Sequence record: MT150133.1
Length of the DNA stretch: 64,000 nt
Origin: Enterobacteria phage vB_EcoM_IME540
Reading direction: 5' to 3' (one strand)
The notes beneath the pieces were generated by a model. That model did no database searches. It was not told the DNA's origin and saw nothing but the letters and a program-made list of their open reading frames with translations. The position numbers were made by a program, and so were the translations under genes. Of the stretch, positions 26,469 to 37,853 are shown piece after piece; positions within the stretch are counted from its first letter, which is position 1; every line of letters starts with the position of its first letter.

Positions 26469-28207
26469 TTAACATGTCTGATAATGTAAGTTGGTTCGTC
26501 GGTGTGGTTGAAGACCGTATGGACCCACTCCAACAAGGACGCGTTCGAGTTCGTGTCTGGGGCCTGCATCCTTACGAAAAGGTCCAAGGTCCTGTAAAAG
26601 GCCTTCGTACAGAGGATTTACCGTGGATGTCCGTATTAATGCCTACATCTTCTGCCTCTGTTTCTGGTATCCAAACCGCTATGACTGGTATGGTTCCAGG
26701 TACTCAGGTTTATGGGCACTTTCTTGATAAGTGGAAATTAAACGGGCTTGTCCTCGGTACATATGGTTCCGCTTCAAGACAAAAGGCTAATCCTAATGAA
26801 GGTTTTAGTGACCCGACAGGTCAATACCCACTTTATTTGGGTAATGATGCTGCAGCACTAAACCGAGGTGGTGAAGTTGGATACGATGCCACTTCTAACG
26901 TAATACAAGATGCAAACACCGATGTAGGTATTAACCCAGACGGTTTGGATTTGAGCCAAGTCAAGCCTGATGATAATCCTAATTTCACAATAGAAAACAT
27001 GCTTCATCGTGATGAAGGGCTTAGACTGAAGGTATATTGGGATACCGAAGGTTATCCTACTATAGGTATAGGCCACCTTATCACACCACAACCTATTAGA
27101 GATATGAATCGAATAAACAAAATATTATCTAATCAGGTAGGACGAGAAGTTAAAGGTAACCCTGGTGCAATATCAATGGATGAGGCTTCTAAATTATTCC
27201 AAGAAGACCTTAAAAAAGTCCAAAACGATATAGGTCGGCATAGTGTTGTAGGTCCTGTTTACAATAAAGAAAACCGTTCAAGACAAATGGCTCTTGAAAA
27301 CATGGCTTTCCAAATGGGATTAGGTGGATTGGCTAAATTCCGTGGAATGCTTAGTGCAATGCTAATAGGCGATTATAAAAAGGCATTTGAGGAAGCTCGT
27401 AATTCAGTATGGTTTAACCAAACTAAAGGTCGCGCATCAAGGGTGTCAATGATTATCCTCACAGGTAACATGGAATCATATGGTATTATGGCCCCTAAAG
27501 AAAGGTCATTTAATGGCCGTTCGTATAGAATGATTCAAACCTTTGTGGCCCCTACAAATTCAGACCCTGCCGACCCGTGGACTCCAGAAGACACAAGGAT
27601 TCTTTTTAAAGAACCTGATTCTAGTTATAAAGGCGAATATCCATATGTCCAAACCATGCAAACTGAAGGCGGGCATATCCAAGAATTCGATAATACCCCA
27701 GGGCAAGAACGATACCGTTTAATCCATCCTACCGGTAGTTATGAAGAAGTTGCTCCTGACGGACGTAAAACTTCTAAGACGGTAGCCGATGGTTATTATA
27801 TGACCCAAGGCGATTCAAATACTTATGTTGGTGGTAATAATAAGGTCAATATAGGCGGCGATGAAACCTATTATAATATGGCAAACGTTCGTCGTCAAAC
27901 TGACGGGTCTGAAAGCATCCATATTCGTGGTAATGAAACTAAAACAGTAGAAGGTGACGGAACCCTTATTGTTAAAGGAAACGTAACAATTCTTGTCGAG
28001 GGTAGTGCTGATATAACTGTTAAGGGCGATGCTAAAACATTAGTTGAAGGCAATCATGACTATACCGTAAATGGAAACGTTAAATGGTCTGTAAATGGAA
28101 ACGTTGATATGACTGTTGCAGGTAATTGGTCTGAAACTATGTCAACTATGAGTTCTATTGCATCAGGTCAATATACTATTGATGGTTCGAGGATTGACAT
28201 TGGCTAA
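26465..28207 (+). CDS. 5: gp5 baseplate hub/tail lysozyme (cell-puncturing device)
   Basis: 580 aa; internal lysozyme domain (YWDTEGYPTIGIGHLI) and C-terminal beta-helix VxGxxxxx repeats. Confidence 0.92.
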   Translation: MINMSDNVSWFVGVVEDRMDPLQQGRVRVRVWGLHPYEKVQGPVKGLRTEDLPWMSVLMPTSSASVSGIQTAMTGMVPGTQVYGHFLDKWKLNGLVLGTYGSASRQKANPNEGFSDPTGQYPLYLGNDAAALNRGGEVGYDATSNVIQDANTDVGINPDGLDLSQVKPDDNPNFTIENMLHRDEGLRLKVYWDTEGYPTIGIGHLITPQPIRDMNRINKILSNQVGREVKGNPGAISMDEASKLFQEDLKKVQNDIGRHSVVGPVYNKENRSRQMALENMAFQMGLGGLAKFRGMLSAMLIGDYKKAFEEARNSVWFNQTKGRASRVSMIILTGNMESYGIMAPKERSFNGRSYRMIQTFVAPTNSDPADPWTPEDTRILFKEPDSSYKGEYPYVQTMQTEGGHIQEFDNTPGQERYRLIHPTGSYEEVAPDGRKTSKTVADGYYMTQGDSNTYVGGNNKVNIGGDETYYNMANVRRQTDGSESIHIRGNETKTVEGDGTLIVKGNVTILVEGSADITVKGDAKTLVEGNHDYTVNGNVKWSVNGNVDMTVAGNWSETMSTMSSIASGQYTIDGSRIDIG

Positions 28208-28241
28208 TATCCTACCGATGAGCACTGATTTAGGAGATTCC

Positions 28242-28739
28242 ATGGAAGGAAGCTCTATCGATGTTACGTTTACCGCTCAACTAGAAACAAACGAAACATT
28301 AGTCGAAATAAATATAACAGAATATGAGCCAACAGAAGGCATCACAGTTGATGGAGCTCATTTATATGGAACCTACGAATCGGTATTTGGATTCTCTGAG
28401 GATGCATTAAAATACCGATTAGGTGACGAATTTAAAACTGCTGGTTCATGGAAAGATTTACCGGAGGACGAGAGCACCCAATTATACCTCTGGAAAGCCC
28501 CTAGTAATCTCCAGAAGACTTTTTCTTATACGGTCACATTAATCTATGACTTTCAGGAAGAGACGTCAGGAGGTGATACAGGGAACTCAGGAGGTAGTAA
28601 TTCCAGAGCCGGTAACGAAACCGATCCGCCTCCTGCTCCAATAAGAAAAACCCTTACTAAGGTTTATACCAAGGTTATAGTGGGTAATTGGAGTCGCTGG
28701 GGAGACCAATTAAGAGAATATGTATATGCGAGGCCATAA
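28242..28739 (+). CDS. gp5.1-like hypothetical protein
   Basis: Start at ATG 28242 preceded by AGGAG; position between 5 and 5.4. Confidence 0.5.
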   Translation: MEGSSIDVTFTAQLETNETLVEINITEYEPTEGITVDGAHLYGTYESVFGFSEDALKYRLGDEFKTAGSWKDLPEDESTQLYLWKAPSNLQKTFSYTVTLIYDFQEETSGGDTGNSGGSNSRAGNETDPPPAPIRKTLTKVYTKVIVGNWSRWGDQLREYVYARP

Positions 28740-29032
28740 TGTCGGGCTTAAGTTATAACCAATGCGTAACCGCAGGTCATGAAGCATGGCCTCCTACAGT
28801 AATAAACGCCACCCAAGGTAAAGTATTTACGGGTGGTATTCCTGTATTAGTAGATGGTGACCCTATTACAGAACACACCGAAATTAAAAAACCATATGAA
28901 ACCCATGGTGGGGTAACCCAACCTAGAACATCAAAGGTATATGTTACAGGCAAAAAGGCCGTCCAGATGGCAGACCCTATTTCGTGCGGAGATACAGTCG
29001 CACAAGCCTCATCTAAAGTATTCATAAAATAG
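28739..29032 (+). CDS. 5.4: gp5.4 PAAR-repeat spike tip protein
   Basis: 97 aa from ATG 28739; Cys/His/Gly-rich PAAR-like sequence; T4 gp5.4 is also 97 aa. Confidence 0.75.
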   Translation: MSGLSYNQCVTAGHEAWPPTVINATQGKVFTGGIPVLVDGDPITEHTEIKKPYETHGGVTQPRTSKVYVTGKKAVQMADPISCGDTVAQASSKVFIK

Positions 29033-29040
29033 GAATTAAA

Positions 29041-30999
29041 ATGGCTACTCCTACGAATTACCAATTAACAAGAACCGTTAACGCTATCCCAAAAGTATTT
29101 GTGGGAGCTACGTTTGAAGAGATTAAAAAGAATATTATCGATTGGCTTTCTAGTCAGAAAGAATTCCAGGATTATGATTTCGTAGGTTCGCGAATGAATA
29201 TCCTGATTGACATGTTAGCTTACAATACCCTGTATATGCAGCAATTTGCTAACACTGCTGTATATGAATCATTTATTGGCACAGCTAACTTGCGTTCCTC
29301 TGTAGTCCAGGCTGCACAGGATAATGGCTACCTTCCTAGTTCTAAATCAGCAGCAAAAACAAGTATCATGTTGACCTGTACCCAGGCTCTTAATGAAAAG
29401 AATATTCGTATCCCACGTGGTACTAAATTCTTGGCTTATGCCCGTGATACTTCGGCCGACCCGTATGCTTTTGTTACCACGGAAAACGTTATTGCCGTAC
29501 GTGATGTTAACAACCAATATCTTCCTATTGTATCTTTAGCACAGGGTCGTATTATCCGTACCGAACTCAAGTATGACCCTAAAACTCCTATTCTTATTCG
29601 CGACCCGGATATCGACCGTCAAGAAGTTAAGCTTTATGTTGATGGTGCAGAATGGATTAACTGGACTAATAAATCAATGGTTCACGCTGGTAGCACATCT
29701 ACCATTTATTATATGCGCGAAACCGTAGATGGTAATACAGAATTCTTCTTTGGTGAGGGTGAAGCTGAGAAATCTGTTGCTGGTGGAGTATTGGAAGCTA
29801 ATTATATTGGTGGTCTAAAACCGGTTAAAGATTCTACCATTGTTATAGAATACCTTCGAACAGATGGTGAAGTTGCAAACGGTGCAGTTGACTTTAGTTA
29901 TGCTGACTCCTTAGCATATATTACGGTAGAAAAAATTACTGAAAACTACAACAACGACCCTGATTATGTGGGTGCTGATGGTGGTGGTGACCCTGAAGAT
30001 ATTGAACGTATTCGTGAATTGGCTGTAGTTAAGCGCGAAGCCCAGATGCGTGCTGTAACTGGTACAGATTATGATACATTCGTTTCGGAACGATTTGGGT
30101 CTATTGTACAAGCAGTACAAACCTTTACCGATTCAAATAAACCAGGTTATGCTTTTGTTACTATTAAGCCTAAATCCGGATTATATTTGACGGCGGTACA
30201 ACGCGAAGATATCCAAAATTATCTTTCAGAATTTAACTTGGCACCTATTACTCCTTCGGTTATTTCTCCTGACTACTTGTTCTTGAAGCATAAAATTAAG
30301 GTTTCATATGCACTGAACAAATTACAGGAATCTGAACAGTGGTTGTCAGCCCAAATCCTTTCCCAAATAGACCGTTATTATATTAACGAAGTTGAGATAT
30401 TCAACCATGGGTTCGCTAAGTCTAAAATGTTGTCTTATATTGATAATGCCGACCATAGTATCCTTGGTTCTTCTGCTACGGTGACCATGGTTCGCGAGGT
30501 ATTGAACTTTTTCAAAACACCTGAATCAGGTATTAAATACTATAATCAATACACCAACCGTTCTGTAGCTTCTAGTGAATTTGAGTTCGTCCCAACAAAC
30601 GTATCTGATGATATTAAATCTTATAACGTGCGTATTGTTGCTACAGATAAAGACGAACGGGGCGATGGTAAAATGGTTATAGGTCCTTTCCGACCTGGTG
30701 ATGTAATTGAAAACCAATACATCCAACCTTATACCGGAGATGACTTCGATAAAATGGCAGCGCCTGCAGACCAATCAGTTTACTATGTTATTGGCGAAAT
30801 TGATTATTACTCAGACTTTATTTTCTGGGATATCGCCGCAATAGGCCTTACTTCAGATCGTTTTGAAGTCCAGTCTATTGAACTTTATGCAGGGCCAGAC
30901 CAAGACAACATCTTTACCAAAGACGGTTCTTTAATCGTATTTGAAGATGACCTTCGCCCTCAGTACACAACTATAGAGTTGGAACCCATTACAATATAA
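29041..30999 (+). CDS. 6: gp6 baseplate wedge protein
   Basis: 652 aa; size and synteny. Confidence 0.88.
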   Translation: MATPTNYQLTRTVNAIPKVFVGATFEEIKKNIIDWLSSQKEFQDYDFVGSRMNILIDMLAYNTLYMQQFANTAVYESFIGTANLRSSVVQAAQDNGYLPSSKSAAKTSIMLTCTQALNEKNIRIPRGTKFLAYARDTSADPYAFVTTENVIAVRDVNNQYLPIVSLAQGRIIRTELKYDPKTPILIRDPDIDRQEVKLYVDGAEWINWTNKSMVHAGSTSTIYYMRETVDGNTEFFFGEGEAEKSVAGGVLEANYIGGLKPVKDSTIVIEYLRTDGEVANGAVDFSYADSLAYITVEKITENYNNDPDYVGADGGGDPEDIERIRELAVVKREAQMRAVTGTDYDTFVSERFGSIVQAVQTFTDSNKPGYAFVTIKPKSGLYLTAVQREDIQNYLSEFNLAPITPSVISPDYLFLKHKIKVSYALNKLQESEQWLSAQILSQIDRYYINEVEIFNHGFAKSKMLSYIDNADHSILGSSATVTMVREVLNFFKTPESGIKYYNQYTNRSVASSEFEFVPTNVSDDIKSYNVRIVATDKDERGDGKMVIGPFRPGDVIENQYIQPYTGDDFDKMAAPADQSVYYVIGEIDYYSDFIFWDIAAIGLTSDRFEVQSIELYAGPDQDNIFTKDGSLIVFEDDLRPQYTTIELEPITI

Positions 31000-31026
31000 G
31001 CCTCTTCGGAGGTTTAAGGAGATTTA

Positions 31027-34000
31027 ATGTCTGTACAAGCGCCTTATGTTACTAGTCTGAGAATTGATAAACTCTCGGCTAACCATGTGAGCATTCTTTG
31101 GGATGACGTAGGCGCCAACTTCTATTATTTTGTAGAACTGGCCCAAACGAAGGATGCGGGTGTAGAAATTCCCGACGATAGATTATTTTGGAGAAATTTA
31201 GGTTACACCCCTAACAACGAATGGTTTGAAGAGGCATTCATTTCTCCTAATTCGTTTTATAAAATGCGAGTTGCGGTGGCAGCCCAGGGGTTTGAGCAGT
31301 CTGAATGGGTTTATACTGAAGAATTTGAAACTTTCTCTACCAACGCATATACATTTGAGCATATGCGTGAATTCACTTTGTCTAATAAGTTTATTGAAGA
31401 AAAATTCACAAACAATAACCAGAATTATGTGAACTTTAATACTGACGCCATTATGGCTTCTTTGATGAGTGAAGATTTTAACTTTACCCCTGCATATTCG
31501 CATTTGTCATCTATATCGAATTATGTTTTAAAAGCCGATCGTTTCCATGAAATCCAAGGAAGCATCCAAGCTGTTTGTAAAGACCCTAAACGTTCTATTT
31601 TAATGGAACTTGGTGGTGTACTTTACCTTTTAGAAAGATTCCAAAGCACCGCTAAGGTTTCTAATGATAAAGGGCAGAACTGGCATTATATCCGTTTGTT
31701 TAATGACCGGGTAGGTAATCCTGTTTCACGTACGGTACATTACCAAACCGACACGACCACTTATGTTCTAGGTTATGACCAAATATTTTACGGGCGTAAA
31801 TCAAGTGATATTCGTTGGTCTGCTGATGATGTTAGATTTAGTTCCCAAGATGTAACATTTGCTAAAATCGGTAGTGATATTGACCTTCCATTTGAAATCG
31901 AGATATTTGGTTCTTATGCGAAACTTCCTTTGCCTATTTCCACTATTGCTGAAGCTATGTGTGCTTCGGACGATTTCATTTATGTTGCAGGTAGAGACAG
32001 GGTTTATAAAGCAAAAACATCTGAGGCCCCTATCGACACGGACCCTAGTTCTCCGACTTACGGGGAGAAGATATTTGAAAGCGGTTATTCAACCATCACA
32101 GGGAACCCTAAAGCTGTTTGTTATAAATTAGATTCGATTCAAGGAAATACCTTTGCTTTAATTACAGGTGAAGTTAAAGAAGAGAAAATGGACCCTACAG
32201 TCGAATCCAATGTTATTGATTCTGAATCTAAAGGTGTTTATTGGTTAGACACTTCAACCGATACATGGACCCGTGTATTTGGAAACACCGAAGAAGAACG
32301 TCGTCGTATAGAACACGGATATACTAGCATGTCTACCGACGGAGAGGAATTATTTTTCAGTTCAAGCAACTTTAGATATGAAGTAGAGGTTGATTCTGAA
32401 CTTCCTTTGGAATATCCTGAAATTGTTACCTCAGCCGTTAAATATGTTAAAGACGAACAATGGATTCATGATAAGCATTATTTGATGATGAGTTTTAGGT
32501 CCAACTCTAAATCAGATTTTAAAGAATTTAAACCAGGGCGTATGGCTTATTATGCCGAACCATTCTTTAGTTGGTCCCGTCGTGATGGAACCCGTTCGTG
32601 GATTACTACTAGCGACCATGCGATGGTTGTTTATAATGATGCTTTATATCAGAAAATTATCGACCTGAACAGTGGTTCTTCACCTGAACGTATTGTTCAT
32701 GAGATTTGGAATAAAGGTTTTTGTAAAGTCACATCTCCTAATATAGAGTTTAATGGCTTTAAGAAATATTCTTCAGGAATGATGATTCATAAATCGACAG
32801 GTGAATTGGTTGGATATTTTGAATTCGACTATCGTGTACGTGATGAAGTTCGCGTCATTTGGAAGCCTAAAGAAATTATGTTTACGGCCGAATTACAAAA
32901 CCAGGAACATGAAATCCCATGGAAACCTAAAGAGGAAGTTGGTGAGCAGGACCCAGACCTCCAGCCTTTACTGGTTAAAATGATTCCAGATAGTTATTTG
33001 CTTCAAGATTCTAACTTTGAAAAATTCTGCGAATACTATCTCCAATTTATTAGTGATGGTTCCGGTACACACTATAATAATTTGTTGAATCTTATTCGTA
33101 ACCAATACCCACGTGAAGAAGATTCATGGGAATATTTGTGGTCAGAAATCTATAAGCGTAATATCTATTTGTCGAAGGAAAAACGTGATGAAGTTGTTCG
33201 TTTTTTCCAGGCACGCCAAAGCGATTTTTGGTCTACTAAAGGTACCGAAGCTTCTTATAAGTTCCTGTTTAAATTGCTTTATAACGAAGATGTTGAAATT
33301 GATATCGAGTCCAAGAACTCTATTGAATACGATATCATCGTAGAATCTGATAATATCAGTGAAGATATTGTCGGCCAAACCATTTATACTCCTACAGGAC
33401 GTAGTAATGTTACTTATATTGAACGTAACTATAAACAAGGTAAACTGCAATGGCGTTTAACCATTCATAACCTTTTGGGTCGTTTTATAGTCGGCCAGGA
33501 AATTAAATCTGAACGTACTTCGTTCAAGGGTATGATTGTGCGTGGTGTACGTGGTAAAGAACTTTTAAGTAACAATATAGACTATATCAACCGTAACCGC
33601 TCTTATTACGTGATGACTATTAAATCTAATCTCCCTACCTCTCGTTATCGCAACGATGTTTTGAGATTTGTCCATCCGGTAGGTTTCGGCTTTGTAGGTA
33701 TAACTTTGCTTTCTATGTTTGTTAACGTTGGTTTAACGCTAAAACATACAGAAACTATTATTAATGTCCTTAAGAACTACAAATGGGACTCTGGTTTGCC
33801 ATCTGAATGGTATGATAGAGTTGCTGTAATAGGTTTTGATGGTAATATAGAACGAGACCCTCGTACAGGTGCTCCGATGTACAACGTCGGCCCTAAAGCA
33901 GGTGAACCGTTTGATATTCCTGCCGATTATGATGCAGAAAACGATTTCTCTGTATTCCAAGGTCAATTACCACACGAACGTATTAAAAAGCATAGTCCAT

Positions 34001-34122
34001 TGTTTGACCAAAGTGCTGTGACCTTTGCCAATTGGCGTGCACTGGTTGATAAACGTCTTAAAGACGATATTGGAAATCCTAGAGACCCTAAAGTTCCAAC
34101 TCAGGTAAAAATTAATGATTAA
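31027..34122 (+). CDS. 7: gp7 baseplate wedge initiator
   Basis: 1031 aa (T4 gp7 1032 aa); synteny. Confidence 0.88.
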   Translation: MSVQAPYVTSLRIDKLSANHVSILWDDVGANFYYFVELAQTKDAGVEIPDDRLFWRNLGYTPNNEWFEEAFISPNSFYKMRVAVAAQGFEQSEWVYTEEFETFSTNAYTFEHMREFTLSNKFIEEKFTNNNQNYVNFNTDAIMASLMSEDFNFTPAYSHLSSISNYVLKADRFHEIQGSIQAVCKDPKRSILMELGGVLYLLERFQSTAKVSNDKGQNWHYIRLFNDRVGNPVSRTVHYQTDTTTYVLGYDQIFYGRKSSDIRWSADDVRFSSQDVTFAKIGSDIDLPFEIEIFGSYAKLPLPISTIAEAMCASDDFIYVAGRDRVYKAKTSEAPIDTDPSSPTYGEKIFESGYSTITGNPKAVCYKLDSIQGNTFALITGEVKEEKMDPTVESNVIDSESKGVYWLDTSTDTWTRVFGNTEEERRRIEHGYTSMSTDGEELFFSSSNFRYEVEVDSELPLEYPEIVTSAVKYVKDEQWIHDKHYLMMSFRSNSKSDFKEFKPGRMAYYAEPFFSWSRRDGTRSWITTSDHAMVVYNDALYQKIIDLNSGSSPERIVHEIWNKGFCKVTSPNIEFNGFKKYSSGMMIHKSTGELVGYFEFDYRVRDEVRVIWKPKEIMFTAELQNQEHEIPWKPKEEVGEQDPDLQPLLVKMIPDSYLLQDSNFEKFCEYYLQFISDGSGTHYNNLLNLIRNQYPREEDSWEYLWSEIYKRNIYLSKEKRDEVVRFFQARQSDFWSTKGTEASYKFLFKLLYNEDVEIDIESKNSIEYDIIVESDNISEDIVGQTIYTPTGRSNVTYIERNYKQGKLQWRLTIHNLLGRFIVGQEIKSERTSFKGMIVRGVRGKELLSNNIDYINRNRSYYVMTIKSNLPTSRYRNDVLRFVHPVGFGFVGITLLSMFVNVGLTLKHTETIINVLKNYKWDSGLPSEWYDRVAVIGFDGNIERDPRTGAPMYNVGPKAGEPFDIPADYDAENDFSVFQGQLPHERIKKHSPLFDQSAVTFANWRALVDKRLKDDIGNPRDPKVPTQVKIND

Positions 34123-35119
34123 TTCTACAGTAGTTTACCGTTCTATTGTTACTTCAAAATTTAGAACGGAAAAAATGTACAACTTTTACAGAACAATAGG
34201 TGATGGTGAAGATCAGAACACTATGTATGTATCTTTCGGAAGGGCCCGACCATGGGCCGATAACGAAAATGACCCAGGTTTTGCACCACCATATCCTGTA
34301 GATGATTCTGAAGGCGTAGAAGACGTCTGGACCAACATGATGGGTTGTGTTAAGGTTTATAAGAGTATGCTGGATTGTGTTGTCCCTCGCAAAGACTGGG
34401 GTGACACCTCTTATCCTAACCCGTTTACTTTCCAGATTGGTGAAATTGTAGTGGCGAACAGCCAGCCGCAAAACCGTACTGATGTCGGCGCTGGATGGAT
34501 GGTTTATCGTTGTGTAGATATTCCTGAATCGGGTACATGTTCTATTTTGTCCCTTGATAATAAAACCGAGTGTATTAAACTTGGTGGTAAATGGACTTCA
34601 AATGTACAGTCGGTTAAAGCCCCTGCAGGACAAGGCGATACGGAAGGTATGGTTGATACAGGAGATGGTTATCTCTGGGAATATTTGTATGAGATTCCAC
34701 CTGATGTAAGTATCAACCGTTGCACTAATGAATATATTGTGGTTCCATGGCCAGAAGAAATTGCTGAAGACCCAGAACGTTGGGGATACGAGAATAACCT
34801 TACTTGGCAGCAAGACGATTATGGATTGATTTATCGTATTAAAGGCAATACCATTCGTTTTAAAGCATTCTTAGATTCAGTTTACTTCCCTGAATTTAGT
34901 CTTCCCGGTAACAAAGGATTTAGACAGCTTTCGATAATTTCTAATCCATTAGAAGCTAAAGCTCACCCATCCGATCCGATCATTAAAGCCGAAAAAGAGT
35001 ACTATGATGTTATAGACCTCTCCCGCCATTCAGGTGAAATGATTTATATGGAAAACCGTCCTCCGGTTATTCGTTCCATGGACCAAACAGAAGAAATTAA
35101 CATTATCTTCGAATTCTAA
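34115..35119 (+). CDS. 8: gp8 baseplate wedge protein
   Basis: 334 aa (identical length to T4 gp8); ATGA overlap with gene 7. Confidence 0.88.
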   Translation: MINSTVVYRSIVTSKFRTEKMYNFYRTIGDGEDQNTMYVSFGRARPWADNENDPGFAPPYPVDDSEGVEDVWTNMMGCVKVYKSMLDCVVPRKDWGDTSYPNPFTFQIGEIVVANSQPQNRTDVGAGWMVYRCVDIPESGTCSILSLDNKTECIKLGGKWTSNVQSVKAPAGQGDTEGMVDTGDGYLWEYLYEIPPDVSINRCTNEYIVVPWPEEIAEDPERWGYENNLTWQQDDYGLIYRIKGNTIRFKAFLDSVYFPEFSLPGNKGFRQLSIISNPLEAKAHPSDPIIKAEKEYYDVIDLSRHSGEMIYMENRPPVIRSMDQTEEINIIFEF

Positions 35120-35120
35120 T

Positions 35121-35140
35121 AAGGGCCGCAAGGCCCTTTC
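35121..35140 (+). terminator. intrinsic terminator after gene 8
   Basis: GGGCC-GCAA-GGCCC followed by TTTC. Confidence 0.55.
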
Positions 35141-35181
35141 GGGGTTTAATAAATACAGTATATCAATAATGAGGCATACCT

Positions 35182-36042
35182 ATGATTAAGCAAACTGGTA
35201 AAGAACTAATTGACGTCGGTGAAATTGGTAATGCCAGCACCGGCGACATTCTTTATGACGGCGGTGTTAAACTGAACACTGACTTAAACAACATCTATAA
35301 TACTTTTGGCGACCAACGTAAAACTGCTTTAACCGGCGAATTAACAGGTCAGAAATTACACGCTACAGGCTACTATCAAAAATTTGGTGATACCGACCAA
35401 GCAAGTTCAGTTGATTTAGGCTCCTTGGTAGATATCGATGCTTCTACCGGTTCTATCGTATTAACCACTGTAAAAGGTGCAGTCGGTGAAGGAATCGAGA
35501 TTATCAACTCTAATGGAAGTATTTCTTCCACTAATTATCTTGAAATCCGTATATTGGATACTTTTGCAAGCCATTCAACTTCGACTTTGCGCATCGTAAC
35601 ACCTTATACACGAGTTCTTTTATGGTGTGTATCGGATACAAACGGCGTTGCGGTATGGGATTATTCAATTGAAAGTATGTTTGGCGATAAACGAGTTCCA
35701 TTAAATAAGACATATAATATATCTTCTGTCGCTCGTGATATCCCGGTGGTTTATTCCGGCCAGTACTCATTGCTCAAACTTTTAGTTACGGCAGTGAATG
35801 CTAATGAAACCATTTACAAAGCTTCAGAATATCTTGTGTTTATCGACAACCAAGCTAAAAAGATTTATTCCACTGAATACGGTGTTATTAAACGTGGACA
35901 AACTTCAGATGATGACGAAATTTATTCTCTAGATTTTAAATTCGATACATCAAACTATATTATCGCGACCGCTTCTTCTGTCAACCCTATGAGGCTTGCA
36001 ATTAAGGTCGTAGAAACCCAAACTATTGGAGTTCCAGTATAA
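35182..36042 (+). CDS. 9: gp9 baseplate protein (long tail fibre socket)
   Basis: 286 aa; synteny. Confidence 0.85.
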   Translation: MIKQTGKELIDVGEIGNASTGDILYDGGVKLNTDLNNIYNTFGDQRKTALTGELTGQKLHATGYYQKFGDTDQASSVDLGSLVDIDASTGSIVLTTVKGAVGEGIEIINSNGSISSTNYLEIRILDTFASHSTSTLRIVTPYTRVLLWCVSDTNGVAVWDYSIESMFGDKRVPLNKTYNISSVARDIPVVYSGQYSLLKLLVTAVNANETIYKASEYLVFIDNQAKKIYSTEYGVIKRGQTSDDDEIYSLDFKFDTSNYIIATASSVNPMRLAIKVVETQTIGVPV

Positions 36043-37853
36043 TGAAACAAGACTTAAAAGTAGGTTCCGCTGTTGATGACGGGTCCGGTGATTACCTGCG
36101 CGCAGGTGGTCTTAAAATTAATAACAACTTCAATGAGCTTTATTACCAATTAGGCGATGGCAATAACCCGCATGCAGCAGGTGCTTGGAAACAACATTCT
36201 ACTGAAGATGGTGCTTTGTTGAACGCCGTAATGGGTCATAGCTATACCCTGAATACCCAAGGCGGACGTATTAACGTTCAGCTTCCTAAAGGCTCCCCTG
36301 AAGAATATAACTTTGTTATCCGTGTACGTGACGTGTATTCTTCATGGCAAGCTAACCCGGTGACCCTAATCCCTGCCACAGGTGATACCATTAAGGGTTC
36401 AGCTACTCAAGTAGAAATTGCTCGCAACTTCTCTGACCTTGAATTAGTTTATTGTGCCCCAGGACGTTGGGAATATGTTGAAAATAAGCAAGTAAACCGT
36501 ATTCCAAATAACGACCTTGCTACTGTAGCAACCAAGCAGTTTATTGCCACCGAAGGTCAAACAGATTTTCTAGATGTTTTCCCAGGTCTTTCTTATAACG
36601 TAGCAAGTTTAAGCGTTTCACAACGTGGTAACAATTTGTTCTACGGTATTGATGATATTTTTGATGCGGCTACTGCAGAGTTCGGTTCCCCAGGTGCTCA
36701 ACCAGGTGAATTGGTTGCCTTGAATGGTAAGGACATCCGTTTAAAATATCCTTGTGAAGCAGGTGATACTGTTATTATCAAATCGTATAATGACGGGCTT
36801 GCTCAATGGCGTAGTTCTTATAACCGTCGTGATATAACAATCCAAAGTTCAGAATTGACTAAAAATGTTTCTGTTCCTGGTTCTTCTTTCGTCGGAGATT
36901 TGAATACTTCACATGTTATATCGGCCGCAGATTTGAATATTTCTGTTAATAGTCCTATCAACCCAAATGCTTGCCAAGTTATGCTGAATAGCACATTACT
37001 TCATCAAGCTGGTACGGCAGGACTTCCTTCGTTTTATTGTGAAGGCGCTGATGGTCGTACTGCTACCGAGTGTTTTAATGCTGGTGGCCAATGGACCCGA
37101 TCTAAATCTGATTATATTTTTAATTTGACTCCTGAAGATAAGATTGAATCCATCGAATTTGGACGTAACTTCGAACATGGCGATATTCTTACAGTAATTT
37201 GGTACAATAATGATATCGGTACTACCATGGAAATTGATGAGATTTTGGATTATACCAACAACATCTATATTTCTAAAGGTCCATCTATTGATATAACAGG
37301 CCAGGTTCGTATTACTGATGTAGATAATCCTTTTGCACCTAACGTTGAGCCGGTTGCCTCGTCTAATATTACAATAGACACAGCAGCAACATTTTTTGAT
37401 TTAATTTACCCTATAGGAACTATCTACGAGAACACCGTGAATCCTAATAACCCTAAAACTTATATGGGCTTTGGGTCATGGAAGCGTTTATCTGATGTGT
37501 TCTTGGTAGGTTGGTCTCCTGACGCGGCTTCTTTGTTTAATGCAAATAATAACGATCTGGATTCTGCTGGTATTCCACAGTCAACTGCAGGTGGTACTGG
37601 TGGTGCTCATGTGGCTAATTTGAAATATGAGAATATCCCTGAACTTAATACTGATGATAAAGTCCTTATTGCTGATAACGATGGCCCTATTTTTGTAGGT
37701 GGATGTTTAGTTGACCCTGATTCACAAGGACCGGCTTATACAAAATATCGTGAAGATAAAGCCAGTATTAATAAGGCTCAAGGAACCACTCCTATCCCGG
37801 TTAATACTCTACCACCATACTTAACTGTTCATCGCTGGATGAGGATTGCATAA
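36042..37853 (+). CDS. 10: gp10 baseplate wedge protein
   Basis: 603 aa; synteny. Confidence 0.85.
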   Translation: MKQDLKVGSAVDDGSGDYLRAGGLKINNNFNELYYQLGDGNNPHAAGAWKQHSTEDGALLNAVMGHSYTLNTQGGRINVQLPKGSPEEYNFVIRVRDVYSSWQANPVTLIPATGDTIKGSATQVEIARNFSDLELVYCAPGRWEYVENKQVNRIPNNDLATVATKQFIATEGQTDFLDVFPGLSYNVASLSVSQRGNNLFYGIDDIFDAATAEFGSPGAQPGELVALNGKDIRLKYPCEAGDTVIIKSYNDGLAQWRSSYNRRDITIQSSELTKNVSVPGSSFVGDLNTSHVISAADLNISVNSPINPNACQVMLNSTLLHQAGTAGLPSFYCEGADGRTATECFNAGGQWTRSKSDYIFNLTPEDKIESIEFGRNFEHGDILTVIWYNNDIGTTMEIDEILDYTNNIYISKGPSIDITGQVRITDVDNPFAPNVEPVASSNITIDTAATFFDLIYPIGTIYENTVNPNNPKTYMGFGSWKRLSDVFLVGWSPDAASLFNANNNDLDSAGIPQSTAGGTGGAHVANLKYENIPELNTDDKVLIADNDGPIFVGGCLVDPDSQGPAYTKYREDKASINKAQGTTPIPVNTLPPYLTVHRWMRIA